Source of the DNA: an uncultured Halobacteriales archaeon
GTDB lineage: Archaea > Halobacteriota > Halobacteria > Halobacteriales > Halalkalicoccaceae
NCBI GenBank assembly: GCA_964403315.1
Contig: CAYOFZ010000001.1
Span: forward strand, 1 to 49,931
Direction of reading: 5' to 3'
DNA: 49,931 nucleotides
Shown: piece after piece, positions 22,864-30,385 of the stretch
Position numbering within the stretch: the stretch's first letter is position 1
Layout: every line of letters starts with the position of its first letter
Position numbers and translations under genes: made by a program
Notes under the pieces: generated by a model
Database searches by the model: none
The model's input: only the letters and a program-made list of their open reading frames with translations
Told to the model about the DNA's origin: nothing

Positions 22864-23127
22864 ATGAGCCAAACCGACTACGACATTTCCGAGGGTGACG
22901 AACTCGAAATCACGATCCGCTCGATGGCGAGCGGCGACGAACAGACTGGGACGATGACGGCGCTGGCGGACCAGCAGGGCGGGACGATCCAGCTCGAGGA
23001 TACCCACGGCCGGACGATGAAGGCCATCTTCGCCGCCGACCTCGGCCGCAAATACGACGACAGCATCGCCGGCCTGATGATGCAGGGCGACAAAATCGCG
23101 GAAGTCATCGACATCGAGGTGGCCTGA
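22864..23127 (+). CDS. acidic hypothetical protein
   Basis: Start at ATG 22864 (GGGAG 7 nt upstream) rather than 22840, which lies inside the promoter palindrome. 87 aa. Confidence 0.55.
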   Translation: MSQTDYDISEGDELEITIRSMASGDEQTGTMTALADQQGGTIQLEDTHGRTMKAIFAADLGRKYDDSIAGLMMQGDKIAEVIDIEVA

Positions 23128-23128
23128 G

Positions 23129-23251
23129 ATGTCCACTGCGATCGTCCCCTGCGCCGGATGTGGCGAGGACGTCAACACGATGGAGGGCGCACCGGCCTGT
23201 GAGAACTGTGGGACGGACAAGCTCGAATCGCTGGAAGCGCACCACGAATGA
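23129..23251 (+). CDS. 40-aa zinc-ribbon mini-protein
   Basis: Not in the track: MSTAIVPCAGCGEDVNTMEGAPACENCGTDKLESLEAHHE. Confidence 0.4.
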   Translation: MSTAIVPCAGCGEDVNTMEGAPACENCGTDKLESLEAHHE

Positions 23252-23424
23252 CCGACGTCGAAACACTCGCCGATCATATCGCCGCAACGACGGCCGCGCG
23301 CGGTGTCGATCTGTTCGCTGTCGAAGAGTGTGGCTTCTCACCGACCGAGTGGGCCGAGATGACCGGACGAGACCGCTCCACAGTCGCGCGGAACGTTCGC
23401 CGCGCGGTCCGATCCGAGGACTAA
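23248..23424 (+). CDS. 58-aa HTH mini-protein
   Basis: ATGA overlap. FSPTEWAEMTGRDRSTVARNVRRA is HTH-like. Followed by TAATTTTAT. Confidence 0.45.
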   Translation: MTDVETLADHIAATTAARGVDLFAVEECGFSPTEWAEMTGRDRSTVARNVRRAVRSED

Positions 23425-23453
23425 TTTTATACCCCCGGCGGGCTGATTGCTAC

Positions 23454-23518
23454 CCGTTCCAGCCGGTGCGAAGCGACGTTGAAGCTGGCGTTCGGACCAC
23501 ACGATCCGTTCCAGCCGG
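23454..23518. repeat. two perfect 13-bp direct repeats CCGTTCCAGCCGG spaced 52 bp
   Basis: Copies at 23454-23466 and 23506-23518, in the intergenic region upstream of the 23593 wHTH gene. Confidence 0.5.
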
Positions 23519-23592
23519 CCCTTTTGACAGTCAATCGGAAATCCGGAAGTGGCCCTGTAACACCTCTTAGTAAGCTCTGCGTACCCGGTGGC

Positions 23593-23823
23593 ATGGCACA
23601 GAAAAGCGCCGAGATAACCGTGCAAGAGTACGGCCGCGTCGAAGATGTGATCCACAGCTATATCGACGAACGGGCGACGGAGCTCCCGACGCGCGAGATC
23701 GCCCGGACGGCGGACGTGACGCTCCCGAAGGTTCGCGAAGCACTCGCGCACATGGCGCTCAAACACGACTGTCTCGTGGACGCGGGGGCGGGTGAATGGC
23801 GGCTCGAGCTGCCAGAGGAATGA
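23593..23823 (+). CDS. winged-helix DNA-binding protein
   Basis: 76 aa from ATG 23593. LPTREIARTADVTLPKVREALAHMALKHDCLV. Confidence 0.5.
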   Translation: MAQKSAEITVQEYGRVEDVIHSYIDERATELPTREIARTADVTLPKVREALAHMALKHDCLVDAGAGEWRLELPEE

Positions 23824-24018
23824 TTATGCGCACTCGTGTGCGCCGCGTTCGATGCGCTCGGGGAGACCCACGCGGTGGCATATTGGGCATTCGACGAGTT
23901 CGGTCGGTCGGTCGGGATCGACGAGTTCGAGAATCGCGCGAAAGTGGTCCTTCGCGTCTGGATCAACGGCACGGCTCAACCCCTGTGCCGCATGCATGCG
24001 AACCTGCTCGTCATTCAT
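23824..24018 (-). CDS. hypothetical Cys/His protein
   Basis: 64-aa ORF. CPICH..HECA. Convergent with the 23593 gene. Confidence 0.45.
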   Translation of the reverse strand: MNDEQVRMHAAQGLSRAVDPDAKDHFRAILELVDPDRPTELVECPICHRVGLPERIERGAHECA

Positions 24019-24155
24019 CGCTCGGCCACCAGCGGGCGCTCGCGTCCGAATTCGCGAAGCTGGGTCTGTCGGCAGTCGAAGAAGACCGACAGCGCGCGGG
24101 CGGTCGGATGGGAGAGTCCCGAATCGCGTTGTTCCGAAACAGGCGCGGGTGTCAT
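24015..24155 (-). CDS. 46-aa mini-protein
   Basis: Not in the track. ATGA-coupled to the 23824 gene. Starts next to the operator palindrome. Confidence 0.3.
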   Translation of the reverse strand: MTPAPVSEQRDSGLSHPTARALSVFFDCRQTQLREFGRERPLVAER

Positions 24156-24160
24156 TATCT

Positions 24161-24209
24161 ATTGTTTCGTAACAATCCCACAGGCATAAAGTTTTTGTTT
24201 GGTAACAAT
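24161..24209. promoter_or_regulatory. two operator-like palindromes ATTGTT-N4-AACAAT in a divergent promoter
   Basis: ATTGTTTCGTAACAAT at 24161-24176 and TTTGTTTGGTAACAAT at 24194-24209, in an AT-rich gap. Confidence 0.5.
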
Positions 24210-24222
24210 AAATTACACATGC

Positions 24223-24465
24223 ATGAGTGTCTCGATGGACGAGTCAAACACCGACGACGATCTAAAGCGGCTGTTCGAGAACACAGACGATCCCGTGCTC
24301 ACCGCCATCGACGTGGCGGGCGAGCTGGGGATCTCCCAGCAGGCCGCATACAACCGGCTGTCGAACGCGTCGGACGCGGGGCAACTGACCCGGAAAAAGG
24401 TCGGTGCGCGAGCGGTGGTCTGGTGGCCGGTGCGTCAGGGCTCCGGGGCGAATTCCTCGCGGTAG
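24223..24465 (+). CDS. wHTH regulator (paralogue A)
   Basis: DPVLTAIDVAGELGISQQAAYNRLSNASDAGQLTRKKVGARAVVWW. ATG 24223 (alternative 24235). Its 3' end overlaps paralogue B by 31 nt. Confidence 0.6.
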   Translation: MSVSMDESNTDDDLKRLFENTDDPVLTAIDVAGELGISQQAAYNRLSNASDAGQLTRKKVGARAVVWWPVRQGSGANSSR

Positions 24466-24689
24466 ATGTCGGTGCCGACGGTGGTAAGCCACCACACGAC
24501 GGCCTTCGAACCGACCTTTTTTCGCTTCGCGATGCCGCGCTCGTGAAAGGAACTCAATTTGTTGTACGCCGCCTGTTGAGTGACGGCGACCGCCTTCGCC
24601 AGCTCGGGTGCGGTGAGGACCGGGTCCGGGTGAGTGTGCATCGCCCTGATGTATTTGAGGTCGTTTTCCGCATACTCGACGCCGCCCAT
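24435..24689 (-). CDS. wHTH regulator (paralogue B)
   Basis: Start at MGGVEYAEND (ATG 24689) within track ORF 24435-25103. DPVLTAPELAKAVAVTQQAAYNKLSSFHERGIAKRKKVGSKAVVWW. Confidence 0.6.
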   Translation of the reverse strand: MGGVEYAENDLKYIRAMHTHPDPVLTAPELAKAVAVTQQAAYNKLSSFHERGIAKRKKVGSKAVVWWLTTVGTDIYREEFAPEP

Positions 24690-24753
24690 TGTGAGACCGG
24701 TCGATGTACCGAAATAAAAACCCCGGTGAAGTCGAATTGCTTGCTTCCTATCT

Positions 24754-24769
24754 ATTGTTACAAAACAAT
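24754..24769. promoter_or_regulatory. third ATTGTT-N4-AACAAT palindrome
   Basis: ATTGTTACAAAACAAT, preceded by the same TATCT as the first copy. Lies 65 nt upstream of the 24689 start. Confidence 0.5.
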
Positions 24770-24994
24770 TAAGTATGTGGAGTACGCTACACCTACTCAT
24801 GACTCTCGCGAGTGGCTCGGTGCGACCCACGAAAAACGCGCCGAGCGTGCCAAGAGCACGCCGACGCTCCGTGGGAGTCTTGGTGATAAGACCATGTATA
24901 CAAACGCGACACGCGTAAAAGGGCTTTTCGGCCCGACGCGACAGAGTGGTATAACGCAGGGACAGCGTACCGGCGATAGGGGAGGTTTTCGGCG

Positions 24995-25204
24995 ATGAAC
25001 TACGCCGTCGAACTGCCGACCGAGAACCACGACGCCGAATGGCTCGAGCACTACGGCGACCGTGGTGGGTTGAACATCGTCTGTGGCGAATCGTCGACGG
25101 CACCGGGAGAGGGTCCGGTGGTCATCGTCGCGGCCGGCTGGGGGCACATCGACGTGTGCCCGGTCTGTGGGGCCGAGATCGACCTGTCGACGGAGGAACT
25201 ATGA
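24995..25204 (+). CDS. hypothetical acidic protein
   Basis: 69-aa ORF, first gene of the next + polycistron. CPVCG. Confidence 0.5.
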   Translation: MNYAVELPTENHDAEWLEHYGDRGGLNIVCGESSTAPGEGPVVIVAAGWGHIDVCPVCGAEIDLSTEEL

Positions 25205-25410
25205 GCACCGAGTCGAACGGCCGGTGTGAGAGCGACATCGAGTGGTCGGACGTCGAACGGCTCATATCCGACCTGAAGAACGACGGGTACAAACCCACGG
25301 TGCTGGAGGGAGTTCCTTCGGACGCGCGGCGGAAAAAGCAAATATACCTCTCCGTTGATCGTTCTGGGGGTATGGATACCGACCGACCGCAGGGCGGTGA
25401 TTCGGCATGA
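25201..25410 (+). CDS. hypothetical protein
   Basis: 69 aa from ATG 25201 (ATGA overlap). Confidence 0.5.
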   Translation: MSTESNGRCESDIEWSDVERLISDLKNDGYKPTVLEGVPSDARRKKQIYLSVDRSGGMDTDRPQGGDSA

Positions 25411-25619
25411 CTCCCGAGCAGGTCGATCGGCAAAGAGGCGGTACCGAGCGAGTCTATGGGTGGTGCCATACCTGCCGCAAATCCATAGGAGTCGCGATGA
25501 CTGACAAGGAATCCCGATTGTTGGATTTGTCGCACCAAGATGAATTGCGGACTCACGCGACGAGTTGGGCCGGCGAACGGTACGGTTCGGACGCCGACCG
25601 ATCGGGAGAACAGCCATGA
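25407..25619 (+). CDS. hypothetical protein
   Basis: 70-aa ORF, ATGA-coupled. Confidence 0.45.
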   Translation: MTPEQVDRQRGGTERVYGWCHTCRKSIGVAMTDKESRLLDLSHQDELRTHATSWAGERYGSDADRSGEQP

Positions 25620-25891
25620 GCGGTGTCGAACCCCACGAGATCGTCCCCGACGGCGTGAGTCTGGATGGGATTCGCGCCCTCCAGACGCAACATTCGACGG
25701 GCGTTCGGAAAGCCTGCCCGAACGAGGACTGTCTGGAGCGCGTCGACGGGCGTGGGTCGCTCAAGATCCGACGACGGACCGGGAGTGTCGGGACGCGTTC
25801 GATCCCCTCGGGTAAGGCGTACTCGTGCACCAACTGCGGCCACGAGTTCGACGAGCCGATTCTCGTCGCGTGGGACGGTGACGTAAAATGA
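25616..25891 (+). CDS. zinc-ribbon protein
   Basis: 91 aa from ATG 25616. CPNEDC..CTNCGH. Confidence 0.5.
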   Translation: MSGVEPHEIVPDGVSLDGIRALQTQHSTGVRKACPNEDCLERVDGRGSLKIRRRTGSVGTRSIPSGKAYSCTNCGHEFDEPILVAWDGDVK

Positions 25892-26016
25892 GTTGCGCGG
25901 ATTGCGGTGAATCGTGTTCGGGGCGGCTCTGCCGGACCTGTGAGCAGATCCGCGGCAACGAACGCCGCCACGGCGTCCCGGCCGACTACGACGACGCAGG
26001 CGGTGGGGAGAAATGA
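25888..26016 (+). CDS. 42-aa zinc-ribbon mini-protein
   Basis: Not in the track. CADCGESC..CRTC. ATGA overlaps at both ends. Confidence 0.35.
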   Translation: MSCADCGESCSGRLCRTCEQIRGNERRHGVPADYDDAGGGEK

Positions 26017-26162
26017 GCCGTCTGGGGTATAAATGCGACAAGTGCGGGACGGAGATTCGGGGGCGCGATCCGGCCGCGTACGTCGGACGGAACGGCGAGC
26101 AACAAGAACTGTGTTCGCCGTGTTACGAAGAGTTCCACGACGAACGGGAGGCCGGCGCATGA
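26013..26162 (+). CDS. 49-aa zinc-ribbon mini-protein
   Basis: Not in the track. CDKCG..CSPC. ATGA overlaps. Confidence 0.4.
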   Translation: MSRLGYKCDKCGTEIRGRDPAAYVGRNGEQQELCSPCYEEFHDEREAGA

Positions 26163-26287
26163 GCATCCAGCGCGAGACCGAATGGATGCCGTGGTGTGTG
26201 CGCTGTGAGGCGTTCTCGGTTCCGCAGGCCGACGGCACCTGTGGGCGCTGTGGGACGGCCATCCAGCACCGGGAGGGCGCGACATGA
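26159..26287 (+). CDS. 42-aa zinc-ribbon mini-protein
   Basis: Tail of track ORF 26033. CVRCE..CGRCG. ATGA overlaps. Confidence 0.4.
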   Translation: MSIQRETEWMPWCVRCEAFSVPQADGTCGRCGTAIQHREGAT

Positions 26288-26679
26288 GCGATCGGTCTGC
26301 GGGCGGAAGTGACGACGACAGGGTGGTGATGAAGGAAGGCCGTTTCGGGGTCGAGAAGCCCCACGTCCGCGTCGGGTTCGGCACCGCCGTTCTGGAGGTG
26401 CCTGTGAGAATCCGGAACCCGAGTACGGAGCGACGGCACGACCTCCGGAACCTGAGCGACGACGGCTATCTAAAGCCATTCCTCGCCCTCTACCACCACT
26501 TTACGAATCGGTCGGAGGACATCATCAACGTCGGGTCCGCGCCCGTCCTCACCTTCGACAGGGACCGGTTCGAATACCGCGAGATGGACGGTCAGCACGT
26601 CCTCGTCAAGCGGGACGCCGAGACCAAATTCGAGGAGATGGTCCTCGACGGTGAGCATGTCGAGGGGGGCGGCCCATGA
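26284..26679 (+). CDS. hypothetical protein
   Basis: 131-aa ORF with globular mixed composition. The huge antisense ORF 25051-26439 is rejected. Confidence 0.55.
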   Translation: MSDRSAGGSDDDRVVMKEGRFGVEKPHVRVGFGTAVLEVPVRIRNPSTERRHDLRNLSDDGYLKPFLALYHHFTNRSEDIINVGSAPVLTFDRDRFEYREMDGQHVLVKRDAETKFEEMVLDGEHVEGGGP

Positions 26680-27026
26680 ACGACGAAGCGGGCGTATTGG
26701 CGCAGATACAGGAACGAACGGCCCCGGAGCCTGACGGCGTGCAGAGTGCCCGCGGGAACCTGTGGACAAGCAACCGGCGGATGCGTGGCGACGCGGTGAA
26801 GCCCCACACCGAATACACCAAAGCGGGCCTGAAGGACGCGATTGTGACACTCGCTGAGCGTGGTGAGATCGTCCGCTGGCATGGGATTCTCGCCCCCGCG
26901 ACGGACGGTCATCTCAAAGCGATTATCGAGAACGAACGAAAGGCCGAGATAACGCGAGCGTTGCTCGTCGGGCTGTGTAATGAACTCAGGTCTGCCGACG
27001 ATAATGCCGAGGAGGGCGACCCATGA
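26676..27026 (+). CDS. hypothetical protein
   Basis: 116-aa ORF, ATGA-coupled. Confidence 0.55.
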   Translation: MNDEAGVLAQIQERTAPEPDGVQSARGNLWTSNRRMRGDAVKPHTEYTKAGLKDAIVTLAERGEIVRWHGILAPATDGHLKAIIENERKAEITRALLVGLCNELRSADDNAEEGDP

Positions 27027-27250
27027 GCGACCACCCGGCTGCGTGCCCCCACTGCGGACAGACGGGGGAGTTCGATGCGCTCGGGACGTTCGCGCGCCGC
27101 GTCGATCGGCTCCCCCACGACGCGATCGAGGAGCGGTTCGATCGGTGGTCGAAGTTCCACTGTCCCGACTGTGGCGAGGTGTTCGCCCTGCGCTACGAGA
27201 CGGTTCGAGAGGGCGAGGATGCGGGCGCGGTCGAGGGGTTAGAAGCATGA
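27023..27250 (+). CDS. zinc-ribbon protein
   Basis: 75-aa ORF. CPHCG..CPDCG. Confidence 0.55.
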   Translation: MSDHPAACPHCGQTGEFDALGTFARRVDRLPHDAIEERFDRWSKFHCPDCGEVFALRYETVREGEDAGAVEGLEA

Positions 27251-27774
27251 TCCGCAAGCGCGAAACCGCCGCGTTCCGCGACCAACAGGCCGACGCGATG
27301 GGAAGCGTCAACGACACCGTGGACTGTGCCGACGATGAGTGTGACAGCGCCGAAACGTGGAAAACGATCAAAGAGAGCGACGACTGGCAGGTGTCGAACG
27401 ATCCACAGCTCCCGCTGTTGTGCCCGTCGTGCGCCGATCGGACGTCCGATGAGACGTGCACCCCCACGGAAGCGCGTCATGAATCGAATCGGAGTCTTGG
27501 GGAATACTCGCGGACTGGGGACACGGACACAGACCAACCCCGGACCGACGGTGGCGTGTCCACGTGTGAGAACCCCGAGGCGGACTGCCACCGCGAACCC
27601 ACGCGAGAGGTGTCGTGGGGCGAAGATATCACGTCGGAGACGCCGCGGGTGGATGTCCGCCTCTGCGATCCGTGTGCCAAAATCCTCGAGCGCGGGACCG
27701 TCATTTCCCCGAACGAGCTGGATATCGGCCACCCTGCCGACGCGGCGGCCAACGGAGGTGCGTCGGACCGATGA
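27247..27774 (+). CDS. Cys-rich acidic protein with QPRTDGG motif
   Basis: 175 aa from ATG 27247 (ATGA overlap). Confidence 0.55.
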   Translation: MIRKRETAAFRDQQADAMGSVNDTVDCADDECDSAETWKTIKESDDWQVSNDPQLPLLCPSCADRTSDETCTPTEARHESNRSLGEYSRTGDTDTDQPRTDGGVSTCENPEADCHREPTREVSWGEDITSETPRVDVRLCDPCAKILERGTVISPNELDIGHPADAAANGGASDR

Positions 27775-28688
27775 ACACGACCGACTGGGAGTTTCGGGCC
27801 GGCGACGAGATCGAAAAGCCGGCGGTGGTTCGACTCTCCATCGGTGACGGGGGGGTAGAGCACAACGAGTGTATCGTCAAACGGCGGTTGATGAACGTGG
27901 ACTCGGGGAAGCGGTACTACCACGTCGAAACTCCCCTTGGCCTGGAGTTGTGCGCCGCGCGGACGCTCGAGGGCGTGTATCGCGTGGTCGAAGGTGCCGC
28001 CGAGCAGCCCCGAACGGACGGCGGAGTCACAACCCGCGAACGGGTCGTCTTCACCGATGCGTACGACGGAATGGCCGAGGAACTCGACGTGCTGGTCGGT
28101 GACGCCGGATTCATCGTCCCGGCGAGTCGAAAGATTCCGGCCGACGACCGCGTGCTCGTTCAGTTCGACGAAAACAGGACCGGGCGACCGGGGGGCGAAC
28201 GGCACTGGATTCCCGAGGGGTGTCTGGAGCCGGAGGGTTCGGAGATCCGGGCCGACGGTGGTCGCGTGCGAGCGTGCCCACAGTGCAATTCGTCGCGGCT
28301 GAAGCGCCGCAAACCGAAGTCGTCGCTGTCGCCGCTGCCCGCCTCTGCGCCGAAATACCGCTGTCGGGACTGTGGACACACGTTCGACTCGCCGACCGAG
28401 CGGGAGTCGTTCCACGGCCTGAGCGAGGCCGCCAAAGCGCTCGTGAGTGCGGACCCCGACGAGTTCGAAATTCGGACGGATGGTGGGGCCGACGCCGATC
28501 GGCTCGCCCACCGCAAGCACAGCCGCTCCAGCACCGACCCGGCCACGCGGCGGCGGTGTCCCGAGTGTGGCTCGCTGCAGGTGAGTTCGGTGACGCGGGG
28601 AACCGAGCACCCCGCGACCGCCGAGCCGGTCGATCGGTGTGATAAGTGCGGCGCAGAGTTCGGTGCGGGGGTCGATCGCGATGACTGA
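27771..28688 (+). CDS. multi-zinc-ribbon protein with three R(T/A)DGG motifs
   Basis: 305 aa from ATG 27771. CPQCNS..CRDCGH and CPECGS..CDKCG. Confidence 0.6.
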   Translation: MNTTDWEFRAGDEIEKPAVVRLSIGDGGVEHNECIVKRRLMNVDSGKRYYHVETPLGLELCAARTLEGVYRVVEGAAEQPRTDGGVTTRERVVFTDAYDGMAEELDVLVGDAGFIVPASRKIPADDRVLVQFDENRTGRPGGERHWIPEGCLEPEGSEIRADGGRVRACPQCNSSRLKRRKPKSSLSPLPASAPKYRCRDCGHTFDSPTERESFHGLSEAAKALVSADPDEFEIRTDGGADADRLAHRKHSRSSTDPATRRRCPECGSLQVSSVTRGTEHPATAEPVDRCDKCGAEFGAGVDRDD

Positions 28689-29178
28689 GAGTGATACCGA
28701 CCGCTTCGCCGAGTCCACGACGCGAAAGTGGGGCGTCGTCGACGACGCGATCCCCGAGGAGGACGTGTACCGCCACGACGAAAACCCGGTGTTAGTCAGT
28801 CAGTTCGGCGAGGGGGAGAAATACTGGATCCATCTCGGGAGTCGCGTCGGGCTGGACACGACGATCATGTTCGACTCGCTCCGGTGGGAGCCGGGCGAGT
28901 ACGGCGGCACGCTCTGGTTCGAGCGCGACTGTGGCGACGAGAGCGTGACGGTTGGAAACGTCGACTGGCATCCCGCGACGCCGATGCGAAAGCTCGGGTT
29001 GGTCGGCGAGTGGCTGGCCGAGCGGATCGATCTGAGCGAGTACCGCTCTGGAGTCGACTGTCCGAAGTGCGACGGCGAGATACTCCACATCGGCCTGCAT
29101 TCGACGTGTGAGAACCACGAGTGCGATCTCTACACCGAAGGGTACATCCAGCCACCGGAGGACGATGGTGATGAGTGA
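28681..29178 (+). CDS. hypothetical protein with C-terminal zinc ribbon
   Basis: 165 aa from ATG 28681. CPKCDG..CENHEC. Confidence 0.55.
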   Translation: MTESDTDRFAESTTRKWGVVDDAIPEEDVYRHDENPVLVSQFGEGEKYWIHLGSRVGLDTTIMFDSLRWEPGEYGGTLWFERDCGDESVTVGNVDWHPATPMRKLGLVGEWLAERIDLSEYRSGVDCPKCDGEILHIGLHSTCENHECDLYTEGYIQPPEDDGDE

Positions 29179-29371
29179 GAACGATACTGAGCGGCCGAAG
29201 TGGGAACACCTCGGGAACCCGTGGTGCTCCGCCGAGGAGTTTAGATGTACTGGATGCGACCGCGTTCGGTACATCTCTAACCGGAGCGACCGTTTTCAAG
29301 AGGCCGGTGAACCGGATCCGTGCGGTTGCTCCGTAGACGCGGATGTCGAGGTGATCGGTGCCGATGACTGA
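29171..29371 (+). CDS. Cys-rich mini-protein
   Basis: 66 aa from ATG 29171 (alternative 29165). Confidence 0.45.
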   Translation: MSENDTERPKWEHLGNPWCSAEEFRCTGCDRVRYISNRSDRFQEAGEPDPCGCSVDADVEVIGADD

Positions 29372-29618
29372 GCCCGAGACCGTCGGTGAGCTCGACGGCG
29401 ACACGTGGCTGTGGACGATCCCCAACAGCACGTTCGCCCACACAAGGGAAACCTGTGACCTGTTGAACGACAGTCCACGGACGCCGAAACGGAAGCGCGC
29501 CGCGATCCTGTTCGACGACAGAGAGCTGTGTCGGGACTGTACCGGCGTGGCCGAGAACGGAAGAGGCGGCGGTAATCAACCCATGCTACCAAAATCGACG
29601 GAGGTCACGGACGGATGA
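29364..29618 (+). CDS. hypothetical protein (FAHTRETC..LCRDC motif)
   Basis: 84 aa from ATG 29364. Last gene of the polycistron. Confidence 0.5.
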   Translation: MTEPETVGELDGDTWLWTIPNSTFAHTRETCDLLNDSPRTPKRKRAAILFDDRELCRDCTGVAENGRGGGNQPMLPKSTEVTDG

Positions 29619-29653
29619 TTTCGTATCACGCCATGTGGTTTATGAATCCCATT

Positions 29654-29914
29654 TCACACATCGTCAGAATCGTCGGCCTGCTCGGCGCGGATGAAGTCGT
29701 GGACCGCCTGCCGGACCCAGATCCGGCGCGTGCGGTCGTCCATGTCGTAGTCGGCGTCGTCGAGCGCGCGCTCGACCTCGATCAGTATCTCCATCGCTTC
29801 GAGAATCTGGCTGGTTCGCGAGTCGTCCTCACACACGATGCGCTCGAAGCGTTCGACGACATCGGACCCCTCGGGAATCCAGATGCCGATCGTCCCGCCC
29901 GTCTCGTCGGACAT
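29654..29914 (-). CDS. ribbon-helix-helix (CopG-like) protein
   Basis: Start at MSDETGGTIGIWIPEGSDVVERFERIV (ATG 29914). Strand-helix-helix pattern with an acidic tail. Confidence 0.55.
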   Translation of the reverse strand: MSDETGGTIGIWIPEGSDVVERFERIVCEDDSRTSQILEAMEILIEVERALDDADYDMDDRTRRIWVRQAVHDFIRAEQADDSDDV

Positions 29915-29961
29915 GCGGACGTGGGCGAGCGGCACGTGGTTAATGCTATCGGAGGGTCGCC

Positions 29962-30111
29962 ATGACGCACACCTGCGCCTGCGGTTTCGAGGCCGCGTCG
30001 ATGGGCGCGTTCGTCGACCACGTGAGCGACGAGCACGACGCGTTCGACATCGCCGTCAACGCGCTGCTGGCAGAGCGTCCCAGCACGGCCGGACCCGAGG
30101 TGACGCCATGA
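29962..30111 (+). CDS. 49-aa C2H2-like mini-protein
   Basis: Not in the track: MTHTCACGFEAASMGAFVDHVSDEHDAF... Confidence 0.35.
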   Translation: MTHTCACGFEAASMGAFVDHVSDEHDAFDIAVNALLAERPSTAGPEVTP

Positions 30112-30125
30112 CACCAACAGCCGGG

Positions 30126-30349
30126 CTGCAAGGGCCGACATCCGAACCTGCAAGGAAAAATACGCGATCGCCCGAGGGCGCGGCATTGGCCACGCTGGAA
30201 AGTGCAGCACGCAGCGAGATAAGAGCCTGTATCCCCGCCGTCCAAATTCATACCGGAGGAGTTCCCTGCCGTCCGATATGCCGCGTTTTAAGTGCTGGCC
30301 GGTCGCCTGCAAGCCTTGCAGGAATCGGTGAGACAGGTGTCCTGCAAGG
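30126..30349. repeat. iteron cluster, five copies of CCTGCAAGG including one palindromic pair
   Basis: Copies at 30126, 30147, 30306 and 30341, plus an inverted copy at 30314. 30306-30322 reads CCTGCAAG-C-CTTGCAGG. The only ORF across the region has non-protein-like composition. Confidence 0.6.
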
Positions 30350-30385
30350 ATCGCGAGTGTGGGCGTTCGTGGGTGGTGTCGCGAC

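Noticed and set aside
24893-24998. 34-aa basic ORF (MYTNATRVKGLFGPTRQSG..) in the 205-nt leader before the 24995 gene.
   Set aside because: It is strongly basic and Gly/Arg-rich, unlike the neighbouring acidic mini-proteins. It is more likely an untranslated leader, possibly a regulatory RNA, downstream of the 24754 operator.
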